Positions 1 to 7,434 of a stretch of 64,000 bases of DNA are shown here, one piece after another. The notes under the pieces are model-generated. The model had not been told where the DNA came from, made no database searches, and saw only the letters and a list, made by a program, of their open reading frames with translations. Each line of letters starts with the position of its first letter. Within the stretch, counting starts at the first letter, position 1. The stretch lies in the NCBI GenBank assembly GCA_001829415.1, contig MIBE01000006.1, positions 52,300 through 116,299 of the forward strand, in the 5' to 3' direction. The stretch comes from Spirochaetes bacterium GWF1_51_8. Lineage in GTDB: Bacteria; Spirochaetota; Brevinematia; Brevinematales; GWF1-51-8. The position numbers and the translations under genes were made by a program.

Positions 1-377
1 ATAGTATAGGGCATCGGGACGAGCGAAAACGCGCCGACCATGCTGGAATAAATACTGGAGTTGGAATTCCCGGACGCAGTGGCAGGCATATAGTCGGTTT
101 GAAGTCCGCTCAGGATGTACTTGGAAAGCGAGGGAGATGCCACAACCCCTACACCGATACCGATCTTAATCCCGAGGAAATCCCGTACATCGGACGGATA
201 GACGCTTCCGGCCGAATTGTAAATCGTCATTGTCGGCGCCATCGGCGTGGATAACGCGGTCGCTATTTCCTGATATGTCCCCTGCATGTAGTCCATAAAA
301 CTTTGAGCGTTCGTTTCCGCGAACGTATAGGCGCCCGCGCATACTATAAGCCCCAAAACGACAGCAAATCTTTTCAT
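1..377 (-). CDS. secreted protein of unknown function, N-terminal part only (gene runs off the left edge)
   Basis: Absent from the ORF track because no stop lies in the window. ATG at 377 follows AGGAGG (revcomp of 382-387). My translation MKRFAVVLGLIVCAGAYTFAETNAQSFMDY... is a classical signal peptide. The listed 166..381 ORF is an out-of-frame shadow of it. Confidence 0.5.
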   Translation of the reverse strand, partial: MKRFAVVLGLIVCAGAYTFAETNAQSFMDYMQGTYQEIATALSTPMAPTMTIYNSAGSVYPSDVRDFLGIKIGIGVGVVASPSLSKYILSGLQTDYMPATASGNSNSSIYSSMVGAFSLVPMPYT

Positions 378-435
378 ACAACCTCCTGAAAATAACCGCA
401 TATTTTATTCAATTTACCATAGTAACCGGAAAATA

Positions 436-1137
436 TCAAATATATCGGGTAGAAAGTTTCACTTTCGAATGGGCGCCGGAATGCTCGAAAAGAACCTCGC
501 GGGTCTTTTCGTAGATCGAACGGAACGAGCTGTACGGGGAAAATTTCTTGCCGTTTCTCCGCATCAACTCGGCGAGAGAGTTGTTTTCCCGTGCGAACGC
601 GAAATCGGCGGCAATCGCGGCGGGGTAATCCGGCTCGCTGTCCCCCGCGAAGAACGTAAAATCGGCCTGACGGTTAATCCCTTCGACCACCTTGCCTTTG
701 TCCACACCCGTGCTCGGGGAATAGATATCGTCGTTGGGGTTGGGAAGGATATAGATATTACCGTCATGGTAGTACCCGGGATTCGCGACCAGTGTCACGA
801 GGCCGAGCAGGCCGTACTTTTCGAGCAGAATCTCGATATAATAACTGCATCCCGCGCTGACGATATAAAAAGGCCCGACTTCATTGACGAACCAGCGGAT
901 AAAATCGGCGGCATAGCTGTCGAGCGGGAGCGACAGAATGTCCTGCATGATCGTGAAACGGTCTTTGTGGATATTGTTGAAGACAAAGCCGAGCAGGTCG
1001 AGCACCGAGACCTCGCCCCGGTGAAACCGTTCGTAGATATCGGCGGCGCCGGGCGGGGAATACTTCTCAATAATCAGCGTGTAAAAATCCTTCAGGGTGA
1101 TCGTGTTGTCGAAGTCAGAAACAAAGGCGAAAGTCAT
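436..1137 (-). CDS. HAD-superfamily phosphatase/hydrolase
   Basis: N-terminal DxDxT nucleophile motif (FVSDFDNTIT) and a late acidic motif (FFAGDSEPD). ATG at 1137 with GAGGG upstream is preferred over the TTG at 1149 used by the track. Confidence 0.85.
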   Translation of the reverse strand: MTFAFVSDFDNTITLKDFYTLIIEKYSPPGAADIYERFHRGEVSVLDLLGFVFNNIHKDRFTIMQDILSLPLDSYAADFIRWFVNEVGPFYIVSAGCSYYIEILLEKYGLLGLVTLVANPGYYHDGNIYILPNPNDDIYSPSTGVDKGKVVEGINRQADFTFFAGDSEPDYPAAIAADFAFARENNSLAELMRRNGKKFSPYSSFRSIYEKTREVLFEHSGAHSKVKLSTRYI

Positions 1138-1257
1138 AAAAACCCTCAAATGTTATCCTTAATCCTATCATGAAATCGCGGGTTTGTAAAAGAATGAGAA
1201 AAATAACGTTGCGGAAAAGCGCTATTGCGTCTATAATTATCTATCGAAAGAACGGAG

Positions 1258-1782
1258 TTGGTTTTGGAAAATAAAGAGATCAGGTTGTACCAATCCAAGC
1301 GGATACTTTGGGTGATTCTCGCGGTGGCGCTCGCGTGTACCGGCGGTATCGCATGGGCTGTGTGGTTTCTTCTTTCGCGCGATTTGCCGTGGGTCATTAT
1401 CGGGGTGGTCTGCGCGGTGGGACTGTTCTTTGTCTGGATGGCCGTGATGGCCGTGGTTCAGCTATTCAATAAAGAACCGCTCCTTGTCATCAACGAGCAA
1501 GGCATTTCAGGAAGGTATATCCTGCCGAAGGGCGAGATGCTCCATTGGGAAGAGATCGATAAAGTTTTCATCTATCCGTTCCGTTTCCAGAAGTTTATCG
1601 GGATCGAGGTGAAAGACCCTGAGGCGATCCTTGAAAAACTTCCCGAGGGGAAACGCCGTTTGATTAACTGGTCGAGGAATATGGGCTATCCGACATTCAG
1701 TGTCTCGACCGGGCTGTTCAGTATGTCGCCCGCCGAGTTTGTCGGGGTGCTGGACGATTTCCAGAAAGACCGCCGGGATTAA
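1258..1782 (+). CDS. membrane protein with two N-terminal TM helices and a soluble PH-like (STM3941-type) C-terminal domain; product tentative
   Basis: TTG start. TM segments ILWVILAVALACTGGIAWAVWFLL and VIIGVVCAVGLFFVWMAVMAVV. C-terminal LVINEQGISGRY...HWEEIDKVF...IGIEVKDPEAILEKL resembles bacterial PH-like membrane proteins. 3-nt gap to the HIT gene. Confidence 0.75.
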   Translation: MVLENKEIRLYQSKRILWVILAVALACTGGIAWAVWFLLSRDLPWVIIGVVCAVGLFFVWMAVMAVVQLFNKEPLLVINEQGISGRYILPKGEMLHWEEIDKVFIYPFRFQKFIGIEVKDPEAILEKLPEGKRRLINWSRNMGYPTFSVSTGLFSMSPAEFVGVLDDFQKDRRD

Positions 1783-1785
1783 TCT

Positions 1786-2217
1786 ATGAATCCGGAATGT
1801 ATTTTCTGCAAAATCGCGGACGGCCGCGAACCGGCGCATATCGTTTTCGAGGACGAGATATCCGTCGCCTTCCTCGATATGAGGCCGGTCTATCACGGGC
1901 ATACGCTCCTTATCCCGAAACAGCATATTTCGACGGTCATGGAGTTTCCGGGCGAGTTTATCGAACGGTTCTTCCTGAATCTGAAACTAGTATCCCGCGC
2001 TGTCGAAGAAGGGATGGGGTGCCAGGGGATTTTTAACGCGATTAACAACCGGATCAGCCAGAGCGTCCCGCACCTGCATATCCACATCCTTCCGAGGAAC
2101 AAGGGCGACGGGATGCGGCATTTCCTGTGGCCGCGCGGCTGTTATGATACGATTGACGAGGCGATTGCCACCGCCGAGAAAATCCGGCTGTCCGTCCGGC
2201 GGATCAGGGAGCGCTGA
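1786..2217 (+). CDS. HIT-family (histidine triad) nucleotide hydrolase
   Basis: CIFCKI N-terminus and the histidine triad HLHIHILP (HxHxHxx). Typical ~140 aa length. Confidence 0.95.
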   Translation: MNPECIFCKIADGREPAHIVFEDEISVAFLDMRPVYHGHTLLIPKQHISTVMEFPGEFIERFFLNLKLVSRAVEEGMGCQGIFNAINNRISQSVPHLHIHILPRNKGDGMRHFLWPRGCYDTIDEAIATAEKIRLSVRRIRER

Positions 2218-2704
2218 CATCCTTGACAGCGGCGAGAAGCCTGCTGAGTGTTTGACGGAAATCGTCTGGAGTCTGAAATATCCCGGTGAGCATGATCAGA
2301 ATATACCTCTCTTTCTTATCCAACGTTCCGCAGTACCCGGACGCCTTCGCGCCGTTATCAAGGTAGTACATTCCCGTCATCGCGTAACCGGTCAATCCGG
2401 CGGTCTCCTCTTCGTAGATGTCGTCCGCGAAAAAGTCTTTCCCGATCTTCTGCCGGAATAGCCATTCCAAGAGGATATGCCGCTCATCGGGGGACTTCCC
2501 CGCCCCGTTAGTCGAAATAGACTCGATTGTCAGGCGGATATCGCCCTTCGGAGAGGTCAATACGAACATATCACCCTCGAAACCCGGCTTCCAACCCTCC
2601 GGCGTGTCGAAAAGGATTCCGCAGGAATCGATATAGACCGGCTCCGAGAAAAGGGCGGAGACGCAGACGGCGAGTAAGAAGAGCGCTAACCGGAGCAGAC
2701 GCAT
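2204..2704 (-). CDS. secreted protein, divergent member of the ~145-aa module family
   Basis: Signal peptide MRLLRLALFLLAVCVSALFS. The body follows the family pattern (ILFDTPEGWKP...MFVLTSPKGDIRL...ERYILIMLTGIFQTPDDFRQTLSRLL). Its ATG abuts the stop of 2705..3202 (TAAATG). Confidence 0.75.
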   Translation of the reverse strand: MRLLRLALFLLAVCVSALFSEPVYIDSCGILFDTPEGWKPGFEGDMFVLTSPKGDIRLTIESISTNGAGKSPDERHILLEWLFRQKIGKDFFADDIYEEETAGLTGYAMTGMYYLDNGAKASGYCGTLDKKERYILIMLTGIFQTPDDFRQTLSRLLAAVKDVSAP

Positions 2705-3202
2705 TTACTTCACGAGCCGTATCGTGGACATGAGCTTGTCGATCTGCCCGCCGAACTGGCGGTACTGGTCGACCGGCGCGATCAGGATCAGGGAATAGAA
2801 CGAATTGATCCCGAGGAAGACGACCGCCCTGCCGGAAAGGAAGACCGACGGCGATCCCTTTGTCTGGCCGTTGAACTCGAACTGGAAGAAATCGATACCG
2901 TTGTAGGTCATAGTCGGCTGGATCGTCACCCCGGCGGACTGGAGCGAGTTTGTGACGGAGAAAAGGTTCTGCCGGATCGCGAGTTCGCGGTCGAGCACGT
3001 CGAGCGGCGAGATATAGATCGTGACGTCCGTCCCGCTCAATACCGCTTCGAGATTATTATCGTTCGTGGTTTCGATCTTCCATTCTTCCGACGGGAACAT
3101 CATTTCGATCCCGGCGGCGCTGAGGACGAACGGCTTCTGGGCGGAGCAGGACACAAAGACCGCTAAAACAGCGGATAATAACAGGAAGTTCTTCATTTTC
3201 AT
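2705..3202 (-). CDS. lipoprotein, divergent member of the ~145-aa module family
   Basis: GAGGA SD, lipobox VFVSC. Module pattern IEMMFPSEEWKIETT...VTIYISPLD...YSLILIAPVDQYRQFGGQIDKLMSTI. Confidence 0.8.
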   Translation of the reverse strand: MKMKNFLLLSAVLAVFVSCSAQKPFVLSAAGIEMMFPSEEWKIETTNDNNLEAVLSGTDVTIYISPLDVLDRELAIRQNLFSVTNSLQSAGVTIQPTMTYNGIDFFQFEFNGQTKGSPSVFLSGRAVVFLGINSFYSLILIAPVDQYRQFGGQIDKLMSTIRLVK

Positions 3203-3307
3203 TTTTTTCCTCGGGTTTGGATTAAATACTTTTTTGCGCGGATTTAGTATATCATTTTTTTACGGAGTATTCAACTGTTTGGCGGATAGTGACCGGGGAG
3301 AAGGGAT

Positions 3308-3336
3308 AAAAAAAGGGAACGGCCGAAACCGTTCCC
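3308..3336 (-). terminator. rho-independent terminator after 3355..3852
   Basis: GGGAACGG (3315-3322) / CCGTTCCC (3329-3336) with a 6-nt loop. On the minus strand it is followed by seven U (A-run 3308-3314). Confidence 0.8.
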
Positions 3337-3354
3337 CGAATAGTAATTAATCGA

Positions 3355-3852
3355 TTACTTGAGAGCCTTGATGCTTCCTACTATTTCGTCCATAACTTCT
3401 TCGTAATCCTCGTAGCCGTCTTCCAATACGTCGACTGTAATGATCGAATAGGTTTCGCCAGCCATGATCACAAACGTGGTGCAGATTGCTACTCCGTAGT
3501 CGGGATCTTCATAAGAATAATCGACATAATAGATGTCCATATCGTTGATCGTCTCGAAACCCATTTCGCCGGTCTCGTAATCGTCGCCGATGTCATCGGT
3601 GATATAATCGAGGATCAACTGCTTTCCCTCTTCCTCATCCTCGGCGTCCTCGGCTTCGCTGAATTCTTCGATGAAGAACAACGCTACGTCACCCGGGGAA
3701 TACGCGGAAAGCTTACCGCCGGTGTTCTCAACTTCCCAATCGGAAGGGATATCGACCTGGATATTTCCAGCCTTGAACTTATAGACTTTAGCGAACGCGC
3801 CAACGCTCGCGAAGACGATTAAGGCCAAAACACCCAAAAGCATTCTTTTCAT
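3355..3852 (-). CDS. secreted acidic protein, one canonical ~145-aa module
   Basis: AAGGAGA SD, signal peptide ending SVGAFA. Module IQVDIPSDWEVENTGGKLSAYSPGDVALFFIEEF...YSIITVDVLEDGYEDYEEVMDEIVGSIKAL. Confidence 0.9.
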   Translation of the reverse strand: MKRMLLGVLALIVFASVGAFAKVYKFKAGNIQVDIPSDWEVENTGGKLSAYSPGDVALFFIEEFSEAEDAEDEEEGKQLILDYITDDIGDDYETGEMGFETINDMDIYYVDYSYEDPDYGVAICTTFVIMAGETYSIITVDVLEDGYEDYEEVMDEIVGSIKALK

Positions 3853-3922
3853 AGAAATCTCCTTATTTAAATCTCAAAATCAATATATCACTCTATAAAA
3901 GAGTCTTCAACTTTTCAGGAAA

Positions 3923-6472
3923 TTATTTCCAGGGATTCCAAATTCCTTCATAAGGAACCTGTATCACTTCGAGGGACTTTTTCACCTTCTCGATGATTTC
4001 CTGATAGTCCTTGATCCCCGAATCGAGCACATCTTCGATATAGACCGCGATGCCGTTTCCGGTATCGATAGCGATCGCTTTACAGAGGGCTTTGGTCTTA
4101 TCGTCGACCGGGTAATTGAAATCGATAAAGTAGGAATCCTTCGAGTTCAGCTTTTCAAATCCGGTTTTAGTGACTTTCGACACATCGAGACCTATCGAGG
4201 TCAGGTATTCCATCAATACGTCTTCCACTCCGGGATCGCGCAGGTTAGGATAGTCCTTCGACATACCGTAGACTTTCAGGATCGCCACATAGTCGGTGGA
4301 CGCCGCCCAGAAATGGTAATCGTAATCGGCCGAGACGGACTTGGGCTCGTCAATCGAGAAATTGTCGGGCACCCAAATCTTTAGGCAAAGCCGTTCGATC
4401 TTGTGGAACGAGCCTTTCTGGTCGACCTTGACCGTATCGCCGCCGCCCGAATCCTTACCGTCGTAGAACGCGACACTCGCGGTAATCTCCGCGATCGTGT
4501 CCTTGTACGGATCGGCTTCTTTACGGATAGCGTCGAAGATCAGCATGCTGATCCCCTTGCCGGTATCGACCGCGTGCACGACGACGTCGATTTCCCCGAA
4601 TGTGCTGTCGCTATAGGTCATCTCGAATTTCCAAGAGTCCATTCCGCCGATCTTCTCTTTCCCGGCGTCCTTCAGTTTATACTCCATACTGGAATAGTAA
4701 CGGTATTTGATAAACTCGTCGACCGCTTTGAGGAGTTCGTCCTTCTTCTTGTAGTCCTTGAGAGACTTGGTGTTTAACGGGATCAGGTACATGATGACCG
4801 TCGAATTGGGCGAGTAAGCGCTCAGATCGCTGTCATACGTGTAGGCCGTCCATTCGCCCGTGATCTTGAGCTGGAGATGTGACGCGGCATGGGTATAGTT
4901 CTTCGGGGTACCGTCCGGCTGGTCGGGCTCGACCGGCTGATCGGGTTCGGTATCGTTATACTTCACACTCGCGAGGATCGCGTCGTTGATCCCGGTATAG
5001 GAGTCTCCGCCGTCATTGAGAACATCGAAAATGATCGTCGATATCCCCTTGCCGGTATCGATTCCGTAGTACTCGCAGCTGATATCGCCGTAAGACTCGT
5101 CATAGTACGTGAACGGGTACGAGACAGCGGTCATACCGCCCACGGTGGCTTCTTCCGCTTTACCGAAAGTCAAATCATAGTTATATTCGCCTTCCGCGAA
5201 TGCTTTCATGTCTTTTGCGATCGCCTTGATCGAGTCGTAATCGGCAAAGTTCTTGCCGTTCATCTTCTCGACATACAGCAGAACCGTGTCGTTGGGGGAA
5301 TAAGCCGAAAGCTTATCGGGCGCGTTATCGGCATCCCAGTCGGACGGGATCGACAGTTCGAGCGAAGCGTTAGGTACGACCACAAGATTCATATCGCCCG
5401 GAACTTCAGGTTCATCCGAATCGCCGGCGACAAAGGACTTCAGCATCTTGTCGATGACGGGCTTGTATTCGTCCTTACCGCTTTCGAGGATATCGTATGT
5501 GAACATGACAACGCCTTTCGGGACGGACACGGCATAAGTAGAGGAATAAGCCTTACCGTAGCCGCCGTCTTCGTAGACATACTCTACGAAATAGGCGTCC
5601 ATTCCATTGATATCGGTTTTACCGCTATCGGTGACATCGAAATCGTCCCCGATATCGCCCGCGATATATTCTTTGATACTCTTTTCAGCTTTTTTTGAAA
5701 ACTTATCCCATGTATCGCCGGAGAACAATTCGAGAATAATCAGTGCGACGTCTCCTTCGGAGTATGCGCGGAGTTCCTCGGCCTCGTTGTAGGATTCCCA
5801 GTCGCTGGGCACCCAAATCTTTACACCGGTTTTCTTATGCAGGACGAGCTTCCCTTCGAGGTCTTCGGCGGGCGAGCCTTCGTAGTTCTTCAGGGTTTTC
5901 AGCATCTCGTCAATCGCGGGTTCGAATTCCTGAGAACCTTCGACCAGCATATCGACAGTGACCATCACCTTGGAGTTCTTCGTCTCGAACGCATACAGCC
6001 GGACTTTTGCCTTGCCGTAGTCGCCGTCCACATACTCGAATGTCCAATACTCGGCCTCGAAATCGCCAAGTTTTATTTTGCCGAAATTCCCGATCTCGAG
6101 ATCGTCCCCGGCATACTCGGCTTCGATATAGGATTTGAGGGCTTCCTTAGTGGAACCGTCGTAGTCCGTAGGGAACGGGTCGATGTAGAAAAGTACCACA
6201 TCGCTCGGGGAAAACGCGCTTAATAGAGTTTTTTCCGCCGAGACACTCCAATCATCGGGTATCTCGATCGAGACCGCCAGTCCGGACACGTTGTAGAGTT
6301 TCAGGGCGCTTTCCGACATCACGGCAACACCCGAATAATCGGTTATTCCGCGTCCGACAGCTTCGAATTCCTTGGAATATCCGCACAACGACGCTTCACG
6401 GTTTCTATCGGCGAATAGACCCTGCAGAGAAAGAACAGTAAAAAGCAAAACCGAGAAAATTATTCTCATCAT
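3923..6472 (-). CDS. 849-aa secreted protein made of five tandem ~145-aa modules
   Basis: GGAGGT SD, signal peptide MMRIIFSVLLFTVLSLQGLFA. Five internally repeated units each carry (I/V)P(S/D)DW, LSAYSP-D and IDTGKG...FDVL...Y motifs. Confidence 0.9.
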   Translation of the reverse strand: MMRIIFSVLLFTVLSLQGLFADRNREASLCGYSKEFEAVGRGITDYSGVAVMSESALKLYNVSGLAVSIEIPDDWSVSAEKTLLSAFSPSDVVLFYIDPFPTDYDGSTKEALKSYIEAEYAGDDLEIGNFGKIKLGDFEAEYWTFEYVDGDYGKAKVRLYAFETKNSKVMVTVDMLVEGSQEFEPAIDEMLKTLKNYEGSPAEDLEGKLVLHKKTGVKIWVPSDWESYNEAEELRAYSEGDVALIILELFSGDTWDKFSKKAEKSIKEYIAGDIGDDFDVTDSGKTDINGMDAYFVEYVYEDGGYGKAYSSTYAVSVPKGVVMFTYDILESGKDEYKPVIDKMLKSFVAGDSDEPEVPGDMNLVVVPNASLELSIPSDWDADNAPDKLSAYSPNDTVLLYVEKMNGKNFADYDSIKAIAKDMKAFAEGEYNYDLTFGKAEEATVGGMTAVSYPFTYYDESYGDISCEYYGIDTGKGISTIIFDVLNDGGDSYTGINDAILASVKYNDTEPDQPVEPDQPDGTPKNYTHAASHLQLKITGEWTAYTYDSDLSAYSPNSTVIMYLIPLNTKSLKDYKKKDELLKAVDEFIKYRYYSSMEYKLKDAGKEKIGGMDSWKFEMTYSDSTFGEIDVVVHAVDTGKGISMLIFDAIRKEADPYKDTIAEITASVAFYDGKDSGGGDTVKVDQKGSFHKIERLCLKIWVPDNFSIDEPKSVSADYDYHFWAASTDYVAILKVYGMSKDYPNLRDPGVEDVLMEYLTSIGLDVSKVTKTGFEKLNSKDSYFIDFNYPVDDKTKALCKAIAIDTGNGIAVYIEDVLDSGIKDYQEIIEKVKKSLEVIQVPYEGIWNPWK
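3965..6304 (-). repeat. five tandem coding repeats (protein modules) inside 3923..6472
   Basis: Module limits mapped from residue numbers: about 5879-6304, 5426-5851, 4955-5392, 4463-4903 and 3965-4411. Linkers are D/E/P/G-rich (e.g. DTEPDQPVEPDQPDG). Confidence 0.8.
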
Positions 6473-6511
6473 AACCTCCGGGTTATGGGATATAGAATCC
6501 TTTTTTTGAAA

Positions 6512-7060
6512 TTACTTAGCCTTTACGCTATTCTTGATGAGGCCGAGATCGGCTTTCATATCTTCAAGCGATTCTTCAAGTACATCGAAGGTCAAGAGAG
6601 CGACACCCTTACCGGTATTGATAGCGTAGGTATAGCAGACAGCGGTGCCGGTTTCGCCGGAATCGTAGGAATAATAGACATAGAACGACTTTAATCCGTT
6701 GATATCTTCTTCACCGTGCTTGATGACTTTATACTGGTAGTCGGAAAGGTCGTCGGCGAGGAATTCTTCGAGGTTCTTCTTAGGGTCCTTAGCGAAATCG
6801 TCCCATGCGAAATCGGTGAAATCGTCTACGAGAATGAGGGCGATATCGTCGGCGGAATTTGCCGTGAGGCGGTTCCCTTCTTCAGAGTACTCCCAGCCTA
6901 CGGGAAGGCCGATGCTGAGATTGGCAAAACTGACAGACTTTGTCTGAGCGGAGGCTATATCGCCGGTTTTCCCTTCGACACCGCCCTTCTGATCCTTACT
7001 GCCGCAGCCTACGGTCAATAACCCCATCAACACAAAAGCGAGAACAGTCAACTTCTTCAT
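6512..7060 (-). CDS. lipoprotein, one canonical ~145-aa module
   Basis: AAGGAG SD, lipobox LLTVGC. Module LSIGLPVGWEYSEEGNRLTANSADDIALILVDDF...AINTGKGVALLTFDVLEESLEDMKADL. Confidence 0.9.
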   Translation of the reverse strand: MKKLTVLAFVLMGLLTVGCGSKDQKGGVEGKTGDIASAQTKSVSFANLSIGLPVGWEYSEEGNRLTANSADDIALILVDDFTDFAWDDFAKDPKKNLEEFLADDLSDYQYKVIKHGEEDINGLKSFYVYYSYDSGETGTAVCYTYAINTGKGVALLTFDVLEESLEDMKADLGLIKNSVKAK

Positions 7061-7188
7061 GTGAAACTCCTTGATAAATTAGTATTATTACGTTGGAATC
7101 GTAAATAAATCACGCATATTATATTAGAAATTTGAAAAAATTCAAATTATTCAAGAAGATATTTGTTGTATTTTTAAAGGGGTAAATT

Positions 7189-7434
7189 ATGGATATATCT
7201 AAATTTAATGAACTGCTCGGATCGCTTCCCGAACTGCTGGAGAGTCCGAAAACCGCCATGGCTCTCGACCGTTTTATCCGCGATATGTCGCCGAAGGACG
7301 TGTTCGTCTCGCGCGAACATATGAAAAAAGTCCTGCTTAGGGATCAGGTGCTCGCGACACATTTCGTCGCTCAATACCTGCTCCATTCCGCGCCGGACGG
7401 ACCCTCAGGGGACGATCATATTGGTAAGGTATAG
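7189..7434 (+). CDS. small (81 aa) helical protein of unknown function
   Basis: ATG preceded by AAAGGGG. Third codon positions are G/C-biased like the bona fide genes of this window. Converges on and overlaps 7405..9492 by 30 nt. No recognisable motif. Confidence 0.5.
   Translation: MDISKFNELLGSLPELLESPKTAMALDRFIRDMSPKDVFVSREHMKKVLLRDQVLATHFVAQYLLHSAPDGPSGDDHIGKV

Noticed and set aside
469-1173. 234-aa plus-strand ORF antisense to the HAD hydrolase gene
   Set aside because: It mirrors a gene with clear catalytic motifs on the other strand. It has an Arg/Gly/Val-rich shadow composition and no SD. This is typical of antisense ORFs in GC-rich DNA.
7174-7386. 70-aa minus-strand ORF antisense to the 7189-7434 small gene
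   Set aside because: There is no SD and the codon bias is poorer than for the plus-strand frame, which shows the GC3 bias of real genes here.
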